DNA of 60,657 nucleotides from an uncultured Gammaproteobacteria bacterium. GTDB lineage: Bacteria > Patescibacteriota > Microgenomatia > Daviesbacterales > UBA10151. Shown here piece by piece: positions 27,642 through 37,594 of this stretch. A program made the position numbers and the translations under genes. Position 1 is the stretch's first letter, and every line of letters starts with the position of its first letter. The stretch covers positions 116,062-176,718 of the forward strand of contig CAZAZW010000001.1 in the NCBI GenBank assembly GCA_964489875.1, written 5' to 3'. Below the pieces are notes generated by a model. The model was not told the origin of the DNA. It worked only from the letters and a program-made list of their open reading frames with translations, and made no database searches.

Positions 27642-27674
27642 TAATTTAAAGATTATATGTTAAAATAATTTTCA

Positions 27675-28595
27675 ATGAAAGTTTTGGTAACGGGCGGAGC
27701 TGGATTCATCGGATCACATGTCAATAAATTATTGCTGGATCAGGGACATCAAGTTACTGCTGTTGACGATTTGTCAAAAGGCCATCGGGATTCAATCGAT
27801 TCAAGAGTAAACTTTCACCAAGTTAGCCTTGAGGATCAGCCGGAACTGGAAAAAATTCTTCCTGGTCACGGCGCCGTTATCCACATGGCTTCTTTTATAG
27901 AAGTAGGAGAGTCGGTTAAAAAACCTGTTGAGTTTGCGGAGAATAATATTGTCGCAACTGTAAAACTACTTGAGGCCATGAGAAATACTGGTATTAAAAA
28001 AGTGATTTTTTCTTCCAGTGCTTGTGTTTATGGCAGACCCACCAAAATACCCATTACCGAAAAAGATCTTCTAGGAGAGCAGGAAAATCCATATGGTATT
28101 ACCAAAGTGGCCATGGAGCAATTTTGCAAACTTTACCATACCCTATATCAGTTTGATGTAACTCTACTTCGCTATTTTAACCCTTATGGACCCGGAGAGC
28201 TCCATGAACCGGAAACTCATGCCATACCAAATTTTGTAAAAGCCGCCATTTCTAAACAACCCATTCCACTTTTCTGGAAAGGTGAGCAAATTAGGGATTT
28301 TATTTATATTGATGATTTAGCCCAGGCCCATGTCTTAGCTTTAAACTTAACAGGACTGCATATATATAATGTAGGCACCCAAACCGGAGTCAAAGTAATT
28401 GATGTAGTAAAGAAAATTTTTGAACTTGTGGGCTATGAAGTGCCGATTGATGATAAGGGTGAGCGGAAAGGGGATGTGCCGGGATTAGTTGCCTCCTCAG
28501 AAAAAATTCAACAAGAGCTTGGTTGGAAAGCAAAAGTAAAATTAGATGAAGGTCTACAAAAAACAATTGACTTCTTCAAAAACCACAATCCTTGA
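27675..28595 (+). CDS. galE: UDP-glucose 4-epimerase-like NAD-dependent epimerase
   Basis: GGAGFIGSH, EVGESVKKP, FSSSACVYG, PYGITK, LRYFNPYG and RDFIYIDDLA motifs. Confidence 0.8.
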   Translation: MKVLVTGGAGFIGSHVNKLLLDQGHQVTAVDDLSKGHRDSIDSRVNFHQVSLEDQPELEKILPGHGAVIHMASFIEVGESVKKPVEFAENNIVATVKLLEAMRNTGIKKVIFSSSACVYGRPTKIPITEKDLLGEQENPYGITKVAMEQFCKLYHTLYQFDVTLLRYFNPYGPGELHEPETHAIPNFVKAAISKQPIPLFWKGEQIRDFIYIDDLAQAHVLALNLTGLHIYNVGTQTGVKVIDVVKKIFELVGYEVPIDDKGERKGDVPGLVASSEKIQQELGWKAKVKLDEGLQKTIDFFKNHNP

Positions 28596-28596
28596 T

Positions 28597-29343
28597 TTAC
28601 TTACCACTGCTGCCTTTTTTCCAGGGGACTGAGGATAAAAAAGGATAAAACAGATCTTCTTTTTCCGGAATTTCAAAACTGTCATCAGGAGTCCTTGGAT
28701 TATATTCTTTGTCTGTAAACTCAACATATGGAACATCTGTAATAATTGCCAAGGGTTGACGCTCTGCCCCTTCCCCCATTTCTAATACTGCTGCACAGGC
28801 CAGGGAGTCCGGTATGTCAGTAGTTTCCATCTCAAATTTCCGGCCAAATAAATCTTTTGTCCCCCGATAATCCTTTAGCGGCTTAAATCCAAAATAGGAA
28901 ATTGCCATTCCTAAAACTCCTCTTCGCAAGGGTGTGACTCGGGAATCAGTTATAATAACTCCTAAATTTTTAAGCTGAAATTTTTTCTTTAAAAACTGCC
29001 AAATTTTTTTGGCTGAAAGTTCCGGATTTTTTGGCCAGAGAACGTAGTAACCGTCTGCATTACTTTCATCAATTCCGGCAGCTGCCACTAAAAGGTTATT
29101 TTTAATCGTGTACATAGTCAATTCGTTTGTTTTTCTTGGCAAGTATTTGTCCGCTTCTTTGGCAATCAGTTTATCTTTATTAATACTGCCCATGGGGATA
29201 CATCGTCCTTCCCCAATTGCCACCACCTTAGAAGTCACTGCCACCACTGAATTTTCTTTTAAGTTTTTAATTGCAGAAAGCAAATCCCACAAGTCATCTT
29301 TTGGCGGCAAAAATTTTCTCGTTTTAATTGCTCGAATTTTCAT
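28597..29343 (-). CDS. F420-0:gamma-glutamyl ligase (CofE)-like protein
   Basis: TSKVVAIGEGR, AAGIDESN, VIITDSRVTPLRRG and MGEGAERQPLAII motifs. Confidence 0.8.
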   Translation of the reverse strand: MKIRAIKTRKFLPPKDDLWDLLSAIKNLKENSVVAVTSKVVAIGEGRCIPMGSINKDKLIAKEADKYLPRKTNELTMYTIKNNLLVAAAGIDESNADGYYVLWPKNPELSAKKIWQFLKKKFQLKNLGVIITDSRVTPLRRGVLGMAISYFGFKPLKDYRGTKDLFGRKFEMETTDIPDSLACAAVLEMGEGAERQPLAIITDVPYVEFTDKEYNPRTPDDSFEIPEKEDLFYPFLSSVPWKKGSSGK

Positions 29344-29402
29344 ATGCGTAGTTTATCAACATCTGTTTGCACATTCAAATTACAACTGGTACTATTCTTA
29401 AA

Positions 29403-30875
29403 ATGCGTAGATCCCACTTATTAGTCCTGGCGTTAATTTTACTGGTTGGCCTATTTTTTAGATCTTACCAAGTCATTGAGCGGTTCGAGTTTGCTCACGA
29501 CGGAGATCTTTATTCCTGGATTGTTAAAGATATTGTGGTAAACCATCATTTCCGTTTAATTGGCCAGTTAACCTCTGCTCCCGGCATTTTTATCGGAGGT
29601 TTATTCTATTACCTGTTAATCCCCTTTTTCCTGATTACCAAAATGGATCCTGTTGGGGTAAATTTTTTCGCAATAATAATCGGTTTATCAAGCATTTTTA
29701 GTTTATATTTTGTCATGTCAAAATTATTTAAAACCGAAGTTGGACTGATCGCTGCCTCCCTATATGCAACTCTCATAACTACCATAAACGCTGACAGGTG
29801 GGTTGTTCCAACAATTACTACCAATCTTTGGGTTATTTGGTATCTCTACTCTATTCTTAAAATCGCCCGGGGTGATTACAGGGTCCTTCCTCTTTTAGGG
29901 ATACTAATCGGTTTAGTGTGGCATGTCCATATTGCCCTGGTTCCGGTATTAATTGCAGTCCCCGCTGCCATCTATTTTGCAAAAAAATTACCTAATATAA
30001 AACAGGTTGCCCAATTTTTTATTGCTCTTTTCGCAACTAGCTTACCGCTTCTGATATTTGAAGTTAGACACGGATTCGGACAAACCCAAAGCTTAATAAG
30101 CAATTTCACTACCCCTCAGGCAGGCGCAACAGGATTATACAAGCTTAATTTGGTTATAAATATGGCAGTTAACAATATAAGCGTCCTCTTTTTTACTCCG
30201 CAATCTTTAAATCAGACATTCAGTATATTTTTTGTTTTAATAATTATTCTTTTAGGATTTTTATTGATAAAAAGAAAGGTCCTGGCGAAAAAAGAGTTTC
30301 TGGTTTTGCTAATCTGGACTCTCGGAGTGATTGCCTTCTTTGGGTTTTCCGCCTCACCAATCTCCGAATACTATTTTTCCAACATCGGAATAATCTTTTT
30401 ATGTCTGGTCAGTCTTATTTTATATCTGACATTTAAATCCTCCCGCTTAGGTAAAGCTTTAGTAGTAGGCCTTTTGATGCTTATTCCCATTAAAAACGGC
30501 TATTTTGTAATTACAAACAATTACTATAACAAGGGATATATAGAGAAAAAAGCCGTTGTGAATTTTATAAAGGCGGACTCGGAAAATAGAGGTTTTCCCT
30601 GTATAGGCATAAGCTATATCACAGCAACAGGGGAGAATGTTGGTTTTAGATACTTTTTCTATTTAAACAACATGCACCTGGTACACCCTTCTTTTGATAT
30701 ACCTGTTTACAATATAGTTATCCCTGACGAACTCTCGGCAGGGGAGGTTAAACAAAAATTCGGCCACATCGGAATAATTCCACCAACAACGCTTCCATCA
30801 AAAGAAACTATACAGAAAACTTGCCAAACTCCAAATACAAATTTGACCGATTCCTTGTTCGGTTACGTTGAGTAA
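29403..30875 (+). CDS. ArnT/PMT_2-like GT-C glycosyltransferase
   Basis: FAHDGD, LIGQLTS, DRWVVPT, WHVH and SEYYF motifs. Start moved to ATG 29403, 7 nt after TGGTACTAT. Confidence 0.75.
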   Translation: MRRSHLLVLALILLVGLFFRSYQVIERFEFAHDGDLYSWIVKDIVVNHHFRLIGQLTSAPGIFIGGLFYYLLIPFFLITKMDPVGVNFFAIIIGLSSIFSLYFVMSKLFKTEVGLIAASLYATLITTINADRWVVPTITTNLWVIWYLYSILKIARGDYRVLPLLGILIGLVWHVHIALVPVLIAVPAAIYFAKKLPNIKQVAQFFIALFATSLPLLIFEVRHGFGQTQSLISNFTTPQAGATGLYKLNLVINMAVNNISVLFFTPQSLNQTFSIFFVLIIILLGFLLIKRKVLAKKEFLVLLIWTLGVIAFFGFSASPISEYYFSNIGIIFLCLVSLILYLTFKSSRLGKALVVGLLMLIPIKNGYFVITNNYYNKGYIEKKAVVNFIKADSENRGFPCIGISYITATGENVGFRYFFYLNNMHLVHPSFDIPVYNIVIPDELSAGEVKQKFGHIGIIPPTTLPSKETIQKTCQTPNTNLTDSLFGYVE

Positions 30876-30876
30876 C

Positions 30877-32205
30877 TTACAGTCTGTAACCGGTTTCGCC
30901 ATGGACTGCCAAATCCAAACCCTTAAGTTCCTCACTAAGGCTCACACGAAGATTTGTAATAATCTTTATGACCTTAAGTATTAGGTATGTCCCAAAGAAA
31001 GAGTATGCAGCGACAACCACCACTGCCAAAAGTTGTATTAAAACCTGTTGGGGATTGCCGAAAACTAAACCATTGCTTCCGGCAATATTGATAGCTTTCT
31101 CGGCAAACACCCCGGTTAAAACTGCGCCGGTGATCCCGCCCATTCCATGAGCTGCCCATACATCCAAAGTATCATCAATTTTGGTATGCAAAGTTCTAAA
31201 ATACAGGGCAAAATAGGTGATCACCCCGGCAAATATGCCAATGGCAATTGCAGCAATTGGCCCCACAAAACCACTGGCCGGAGTAATGGCCACCAGTCCG
31301 CAGACTGCTCCTGTGGCTGTAGCCAAGGCTGATGGCTTTTTATTCTGCGCCCAAGAGAGAAACATCCAAACCAAAGCTGCTGCCGCTGCAGCAGTATTAG
31401 TCACCACAAAAGCACTCACCGCCAAACCCGATGCTGTCAAGGCGCTTCCGGCATTGAAACCAAACCAGCCAAACCAGAGTAGACTGGCTCCTAACAAAAC
31501 TGTAGGGATATTGTTAGCTACAATCTGGTGACTGACATTTTTTCTTCTGCCCACCACGATGGCAGCAGCCAAAGCAGAAAAACCGGCCGTGATATGCACT
31601 ACTGTCCCGCCGGCAAAATCCAAAGCCCCCAAAGCGCGGAGCCAGCCGCCTGTCCCCCAAACCCAATGGGCGACCGGATCATAGATAAAAGTCGTCCAAG
31701 CCAAAACAAAAATAACCAAAGCCCGGAAACGGATCCGCTCCACAAATGCCCCGATAATTAGAGCCGGAGTAATAATGGCAAACATAGCCTGGAAAATCAT
31801 AAAGGCCAGTTGGGGAACAGTCGCGGCATACTCCGGATTGGGAGAATAGCCTACACCCGAAAGACCCAAGAAATTTAAAGACCCTATTAACCCGTTAATA
31901 TCGCTGCCAAAAACCAAGCTATACCCTAAAATTACCCACTGCAGACTAACTAAAGATAAAATCACTAAAGAATGTTTAATCACGGATACTACGTTCTTGC
32001 TCCGAACCATACCGCCGTAGAAAAATCCTACTGCCGGAGTCATCAACATAACCAGCGCAGCAGAGATTAATACCCAGGCGGTATCTCCGGCATTGATCGA
32101 GCCCAAATCCATAGCTCCTACAGGAAGATTCGCTACTTTAGTGGCAAGATACCCTGCTCCGAAACCAAACAAAATCAAAAGTAAGGTTAATTTTTTAAGA
32201 TTCAT
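30877..32205 (-). CDS. amtB: Ammonium transporter
   Basis: GDTAW, DFAGGTVVH, LLWFGWFGFNAGS and DDTLDVWAAHG motifs; both pore histidines present. Confidence 0.95.
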   Translation of the reverse strand: MNLKKLTLLLILFGFGAGYLATKVANLPVGAMDLGSINAGDTAWVLISAALVMLMTPAVGFFYGGMVRSKNVVSVIKHSLVILSLVSLQWVILGYSLVFGSDINGLIGSLNFLGLSGVGYSPNPEYAATVPQLAFMIFQAMFAIITPALIIGAFVERIRFRALVIFVLAWTTFIYDPVAHWVWGTGGWLRALGALDFAGGTVVHITAGFSALAAAIVVGRRKNVSHQIVANNIPTVLLGASLLWFGWFGFNAGSALTASGLAVSAFVVTNTAAAAAALVWMFLSWAQNKKPSALATATGAVCGLVAITPASGFVGPIAAIAIGIFAGVITYFALYFRTLHTKIDDTLDVWAAHGMGGITGAVLTGVFAEKAINIAGSNGLVFGNPQQVLIQLLAVVVVAAYSFFGTYLILKVIKIITNLRVSLSEELKGLDLAVHGETGYRL

Positions 32206-32206
32206 T

Positions 32207-33646
32207 TTAGAAATTGTTCCACAAAACCTGATTTGTAACTTCATGATGATAAATAATTTCCGATGTTTTAATTTTAGTCCCCAATTCTTTAGGGCTTCTA
32301 TCGGCGACTGCTTCTTTGAAGGATAAATATTTTTGTTTATTTTCTTCCCCTAAAATTTTTGCCATGAAATCACTTGATTTAAAAAGTCTAATTGCATCAT
32401 TGATGGTCCCAGGCAAAAATCGCGCCCTTTCCCTTTTATCCTCGGGGTGGTTCACCTTCTCGCCTTCCAGTCCGGTCTTTAAAATTGATAAAAGTACCAA
32501 GTATGGATTTGCGTCCGGGGCTACAGCTCTAACTTCTATCCTAGCAGTTTTCTCATTACCTACCGGGATCCTAATCATGGATCCTCTATCAATCGGGGAA
32601 ACATTAATTTGATTGGGTGCTTCAAAGTGCGGATCTAATCTTCTGTAGGCATTAACAGATGGATTAATCACCAGACAAATCTCCGGCGCATGGTTTAGCA
32701 ACCTGGAGATAAAATCCCAGGCAAAGACCGAAAGCCCATCCCGGCCGTTTTTTTGATAAAAAATATTTTTGCCCGCTTTTGCTAAGGAAAAGTTGGTATG
32801 CATTCCTGAACCATTTATTTGAGCGACAGGTTTTGGTAAAAAAGTGGCTGTCAAGCCTAAATTGTTTGCTACCTGCCTACAGACCAGTTTATACAGTTGA
32901 ATCTGGTCACAAGCTCTCACAACTTCCGTGTAACCGAAATTCAGTTCAAACTGTGAAGGAGCAACTTCCGGGTGATCCTTTTCGTTTTTAAAACCCATTG
33001 CCCGTTGTGCCTCTGCTGCGGCATCAATAAATCTCCTCAGTTTATCCAGGGGCAGTGAGTGGTAATAACCACCGGTGGAAATCAGCTTAAAGCCAATATC
33101 TTCATCAAAGCTTTGTTCAGCGCCCACCCCCTCTACCAGGAATCCTTCTGTCTCGGTGGCAGTATATGCTTTAATACTATCTTTTTGCTTAAGCTTCTGT
33201 GTATACAATTTTAACTGTCCCCGGAAATCAGATATATAAGGGGCTCTATCCCTGCCCAATACATCCGCAAACATGACTACCTTTCCTGAACCAAAGACAT
33301 CGGATGGAAGCCACATGATACTGGACCAGTCAACCTCAAGGCGTAAATCCGATTCATGCTGGGCAGTAAAGCCTCTAATTGATGAACCATCAAAAGTGAG
33401 ATTAGCGGCTGACTCCAAAAGATATTTCTTGTCATAATCTAGCATATGAAACCTACCTTCTATATCTGTAAAGCACAGCGTTACAGCTTTAATTCTTTTC
33501 TCTTTTTGTAAATAAAGACGGTATTGTATTTCCAAATCCCTTGGATCCTTAACCTGCTGAGCTTCTTTAGCTTTAAGATTCATGTCTTCAAGTTGCTCGT
33601 AGGGGATTTCTAAGAAGTTTTTTAAGTTGAGATTATTATCTAGCAT
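32207..33646 (-). CDS. glnA: Glutamine synthetase type I
   Basis: FDGSSIRGF, ETE, HPEVAPSQFE, NGSGMHTNFS, NAYRRL and RIEVR motifs. Start taken at ATG 33646; the ORF track gives 33664. Confidence 0.92.
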   Translation of the reverse strand: MLDNNLNLKNFLEIPYEQLEDMNLKAKEAQQVKDPRDLEIQYRLYLQKEKRIKAVTLCFTDIEGRFHMLDYDKKYLLESAANLTFDGSSIRGFTAQHESDLRLEVDWSSIMWLPSDVFGSGKVVMFADVLGRDRAPYISDFRGQLKLYTQKLKQKDSIKAYTATETEGFLVEGVGAEQSFDEDIGFKLISTGGYYHSLPLDKLRRFIDAAAEAQRAMGFKNEKDHPEVAPSQFELNFGYTEVVRACDQIQLYKLVCRQVANNLGLTATFLPKPVAQINGSGMHTNFSLAKAGKNIFYQKNGRDGLSVFAWDFISRLLNHAPEICLVINPSVNAYRRLDPHFEAPNQINVSPIDRGSMIRIPVGNEKTARIEVRAVAPDANPYLVLLSILKTGLEGEKVNHPEDKRERARFLPGTINDAIRLFKSSDFMAKILGEENKQKYLSFKEAVADRSPKELGTKIKTSEIIYHHEVTNQVLWNNF

Positions 33647-33709
33647 TAATATTAAAATTAACAATAAATAAGATAATTGTCAATATATTAATATTAATTA
33701 ATTACTTTT

Positions 33710-34537
33710 TTATACTAATTTGTTTAATGCTTGAGGTAAAATGGGTAACAGATCACTTGCTAACATCCCTGCATCACCAATCTTTTTTTTAACTAATTCA
33801 CCTGCCAACCCATGAATATATACTCCAACAGAAGCTGCGCTAAAACAGTCCAACCCCTGAGCCAGCATACCTGCGATTACCCCTGCCAAAATATCACCGG
33901 TACCGGCAGTAGCCAAAACCGGATTTGCAAAAGGGCTGATTTTTATTTCCCCAGAGGGGGAAGCAATCACGGTATTGGCCCCTTTTAAAAGAATTGTTTT
34001 ATTCCACTTCTCGGCAAAATATTGTGCGACATTAACTCTGTCAGATTGGATTTCTTTAATAGTTAAACCTGTTAACCTGGCCATTTCCCCCGGATGAGGA
34101 GTCAATATCACTTCATTACCCAGCTTTTTCCACCACTCCCCTCTTTTAGATAAAAGATTTAGCCCATCACCATCAAGCACTGCTGGTGGCAAATTGCTGC
34201 TTAGGAGATCCTCCATTACCTTTGCCGCTTGGCCACTTCGTCCTAAACCAGGACCAACCAGAAGCACGTCGTATTTGTTTACCTTTCCAACCGCTTCATC
34301 TGGTAATAGAAAAGTCACCTCAGGCAATTTCCGGGAGACTATTATCTTCACAGCATCTCCTGTAGCCAAAGTTACCAATCCGGCCCCCACCCGGTAGCAT
34401 GCAGCACAAGCTAAATAGGCTGCTCCCGGATAGTTTTCCGATCCGGCCACCACCAATACCTTTCCAAATGTTCCCTTATTAGCTTCTTTAGGTCTTGCCG
34501 GCAATCTTTTAGCTACCCACTCTTTAGATATAAACAT
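33710..34537 (-). CDS. nnrD: ADP-dependent NAD(P)H-hydrate dehydratase (stand-alone)
   Basis: NKGTFG, GPGLG, LDGDGL, LTPHPGEMARL, LKGANT and LATAGTGDILAG motifs. Confidence 0.92.
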   Translation of the reverse strand: MFISKEWVAKRLPARPKEANKGTFGKVLVVAGSENYPGAAYLACAACYRVGAGLVTLATGDAVKIIVSRKLPEVTFLLPDEAVGKVNKYDVLLVGPGLGRSGQAAKVMEDLLSSNLPPAVLDGDGLNLLSKRGEWWKKLGNEVILTPHPGEMARLTGLTIKEIQSDRVNVAQYFAEKWNKTILLKGANTVIASPSGEIKISPFANPVLATAGTGDILAGVIAGMLAQGLDCFSAASVGVYIHGLAGELVKKKIGDAGMLASDLLPILPQALNKLV

Positions 34538-34538
34538 C

Positions 34539-36029
34539 TCAACTACTAAACCCCCATAAAGGTAATAACTGGCGATCGCTTTTTTTACAAATATCTGGAT
34601 CTAACTTTTTTCCAGGAGGCGCAATTACTCCCAAATTGCCAAATTTTGCACTAATTTCTTTCTCAGAAATCTTCCAGGGGTTAACCACACTATAGACCGG
34701 TACATCATTACCTGAGGTAATTACTGGTAAATTAGTAAACCAGAATAAATATCTAAACCCGGTTGCTCCCCCTGGCTGCCCTTCAATGTGGTTAATGGCA
34801 ATACATTGATAGCCTTTACTACTGGCATCACTTTTAATATATTCTATTGCTTGTCTTTTATATAGAAATCCTGCCAGATCATCTTCTTTGTTAATAAACC
34901 ATATTACAGTTACTGCTAAATAACCTACTGACAATATTTCTAAAAATGGAAGTTTCTTAGAGATAACCTTAAGTTGACTTAAGAGAAGAGAAAGCACTAA
35001 GAATAGTATTACAAAAAGATTATTAAAATAATATTCTGTAATGATCCGTTTGGAGAAAAATTGACCCAGGAAAACAATTAAGAACCAAAAAGTAAAAAGA
35101 ATCATCTGATTTTTTGACAAGATTTGGCGATTCCATAAATAGAGAATTGCCAGCAGTAATAAAAATGGTAAAAGAATAGTTAACTCTGAAGGTAAACTAA
35201 TTACCGTATTGCTAAGGACAAATGCTCCGGCTAAGGATCTGCCCCCGGAATTTAGGACTTTGGTCAATCTATCTATGCCGGTCAAATGATCCTGGTCTTT
35301 ATACACCGCATTTAACAAATGTTGTGTCTGTTGAAAACCATGCCTTATTTCAAAAATCACAAAAGGCGAGGTTAAACCAAATAGCACTATTGCTGATATC
35401 ATTAAAGTTTTAAGACTTACCTGAAATTTATAGTTTTTTTTATCAGACAGCCAAAAAGCAACCGGCAACAAAATTAGTAGGGGTATGAAGGCTATATGAA
35501 CATGCCAAATTAAACCGATTAAAATACTCAAAGGAATTAGTATTTGAAGGTTACCCTTTAGAATCGATAGAAGAACATATAGAAACCAGACAGACCATAA
35601 AATTGTTGGCTGAGTCGGCACTACCCAGCGGTCTAAAAAAACGGCACCGGGAGAGACAGCATATAAAAACGACCCAATTAAACCGATGTTCTGATTGAAG
35701 AATTTACCAAAAACCCAATAAATACTGACAATAGTTGCTAAACTAACAATAGTAGTCACTAATGCGCCGCTTAAAGGATTCATATTAAAAAGAGCAAAGC
35801 TGACAGCAATTAGATAATAAAAGAGCGGACCGATAAAGACTCCGATAATACTGGTTTCTTGGCCTATTAACCTAAAATGGCCATCTATTAAAATATCTTT
35901 AGCAATCCAGGCAAAAAGATCCTGGTCATGACCCCAAGGATAAAATATTTCCAACTTATAAATCCTTAAAAATAAACCCAGCAGAAGAATTATTGGCAAA
36001 ATTATCTTGGATGAGTATAAATATTTCAT
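34539..36029 (-). CDS. ArnT/PMT_2-like GT-C glycosyltransferase (close paralog of 29403..30875)
   Basis: WGHDQD, LIGQETS, DRWVVPT, WHVH and TEYYF motifs. Confidence 0.75.
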   Translation of the reverse strand: MKYLYSSKIILPIILLLGLFLRIYKLEIFYPWGHDQDLFAWIAKDILIDGHFRLIGQETSIIGVFIGPLFYYLIAVSFALFNMNPLSGALVTTIVSLATIVSIYWVFGKFFNQNIGLIGSFLYAVSPGAVFLDRWVVPTQPTILWSVWFLYVLLSILKGNLQILIPLSILIGLIWHVHIAFIPLLILLPVAFWLSDKKNYKFQVSLKTLMISAIVLFGLTSPFVIFEIRHGFQQTQHLLNAVYKDQDHLTGIDRLTKVLNSGGRSLAGAFVLSNTVISLPSELTILLPFLLLLAILYLWNRQILSKNQMILFTFWFLIVFLGQFFSKRIITEYYFNNLFVILFLVLSLLLSQLKVISKKLPFLEILSVGYLAVTVIWFINKEDDLAGFLYKRQAIEYIKSDASSKGYQCIAINHIEGQPGGATGFRYLFWFTNLPVITSGNDVPVYSVVNPWKISEKEISAKFGNLGVIAPPGKKLDPDICKKSDRQLLPLWGFSS

Positions 36030-36041
36030 GCCTGCACTAGT

Positions 36042-37559
36042 TTATCTTAAAAATACACTGTCTAACAAGTAAGGGTTGGGGGCGACTTTTATTTCATCAT
36101 CGCTTAACCAATATTTTTCTACTTGAATAAAATCCCAGCGGAATATCTGATCCGGCTCCCTCTCAATTTTGATATCACTAATTCTCCAACTAATACTGTT
36201 TATATCCTGCCTATCTTTAGGTGGATCCACTTCAACTAAGTAGGTAAGTCTGCTCTTTGTGGATGAATAAGATTTAATGTCTGGAAAAAATCTTTTAGTA
36301 AAAGTAAAAGCATATCTTTGTTGATAAGCAAACCTATCCGGAGAAAAATTAAAGTATCCGAAATCCCCTTTGGCATCTTCAAAAACTGCCTTGGCAACTT
36401 GTAAATTAAAAGCCCAGCTGTGCGGGCCCCGTTGGTTAATATCTGTCTTAAAATCTAAAATTGCAGAAATTCCTGTATAAAAGTTAACTAAATAAAGAAT
36501 TATAAAAACCGGAATAAAAATTTCTTTTTTTATAATCTTATAGAAGGAACAAAAAATAATGATCGTTAAAGGAAGAAAAGGCCAAAAATAATTCCCTACA
36601 CCGCCGGAATAAAATAAAGAAATAACCCAAAAGCTTAAAAAAAGATACCCAAATAACCAATATGTTGTCTTCTGAAGGATACTCTTTTTTAAAACATAAA
36701 TAAATCCGCCAACAAAAAAGAGTGTATAAAAAACCGTAAAAAAGTTTTTTCCGGGTGATAGCTGGTCAAAAGAGTCAAAGATTAGGGCTTTGATACGATC
36801 ACCAGATATACTTAAGACATCTAGAGAAGCGTTTCCTTCCCGATTAACAAATTGTATTAGTGCATTCAATTGCAAACCATTATGCTTTATATCGAATATA
36901 ATAAAAGTAGAAAGAGGGATCAATAAAATAAAGTAGGAGAGAAAATGAAAAAGTCTCTTCTTTTTAACTAATAAATATCCTAAAAGGGCTGTAACTGCTA
37001 ACAGTATCGGAATCCCAAAAGCCATCTGGAATTGAATAATCAGACCTAGAATAAATAAAGAAAAAATTAAATATTTAACCTTAAGGCTAATAATGTATTG
37101 TTTAAACAACCAAAAAAATATTGGAAATAAAAATACCGCTCCATAAGGATTATAGAAATTTTTTAAGCCAATTGAAGGATTAACAATTGAATTAACAGAA
37201 AAAAGTAATACAGACAAAAGCGCTATCTTAACATCAAACAACTTTCTTGCTACTAAAAACACTATCCATAGAAAAATTATTGATAATCCCCACCAAAACC
37301 AACCAACAAGTATGGGATTTCCTCCGCTAATAAAAAAAGCCGGGAGGTTAATATAAAACCAAAGCGGGCCATGAAAAATACCCGGGATAGCGCCTGAACG
37401 GGGACCCAAAAGAGTAAGATGGCGATTTTCAACAATATCCTCCATTACCAAAAAATCCCGCGATACATCGACATCGTAGTGAATATCCCCTTGCAATAAC
37501 CAATAAGCGCTCAAAAATACATTAAAAACAATCAGGATTAGAAAAAATGTTCTGATCAT
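36042..37559 (-). CDS. ArnT/PMT_2-like GT-C glycosyltransferase
   Basis: DVDVSRD, LLGPRS, GPLWFY and YNPY motifs; multi-TM. Confidence 0.72.
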   Translation of the reverse strand: MIRTFFLILIVFNVFLSAYWLLQGDIHYDVDVSRDFLVMEDIVENRHLTLLGPRSGAIPGIFHGPLWFYINLPAFFISGGNPILVGWFWWGLSIIFLWIVFLVARKLFDVKIALLSVLLFSVNSIVNPSIGLKNFYNPYGAVFLFPIFFWLFKQYIISLKVKYLIFSLFILGLIIQFQMAFGIPILLAVTALLGYLLVKKKRLFHFLSYFILLIPLSTFIIFDIKHNGLQLNALIQFVNREGNASLDVLSISGDRIKALIFDSFDQLSPGKNFFTVFYTLFFVGGFIYVLKKSILQKTTYWLFGYLFLSFWVISLFYSGGVGNYFWPFLPLTIIIFCSFYKIIKKEIFIPVFIILYLVNFYTGISAILDFKTDINQRGPHSWAFNLQVAKAVFEDAKGDFGYFNFSPDRFAYQQRYAFTFTKRFFPDIKSYSSTKSRLTYLVEVDPPKDRQDINSISWRISDIKIEREPDQIFRWDFIQVEKYWLSDDEIKVAPNPYLLDSVFLR

Positions 37560-37594
37560 AACTCTATTATAATTATAGATGATATACTCTGTTT
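37560..37594. promoter_or_regulatory. Back-to-back divergent leaderless-type promoters
   Basis: Minus strand: TATAAT (37566-37571) 6 nt from ATG 37559. Plus strand: TGATATACT (37580-37588) 6 nt from ATG 37595. Confidence 0.65.

Noticed and set aside
33647-33709. GlnR/TnrA box upstream of glnA
   Set aside because: No TGTNA-N7-TNACA match was found. The region is extremely AT-rich, so weak dyads are expected by chance.
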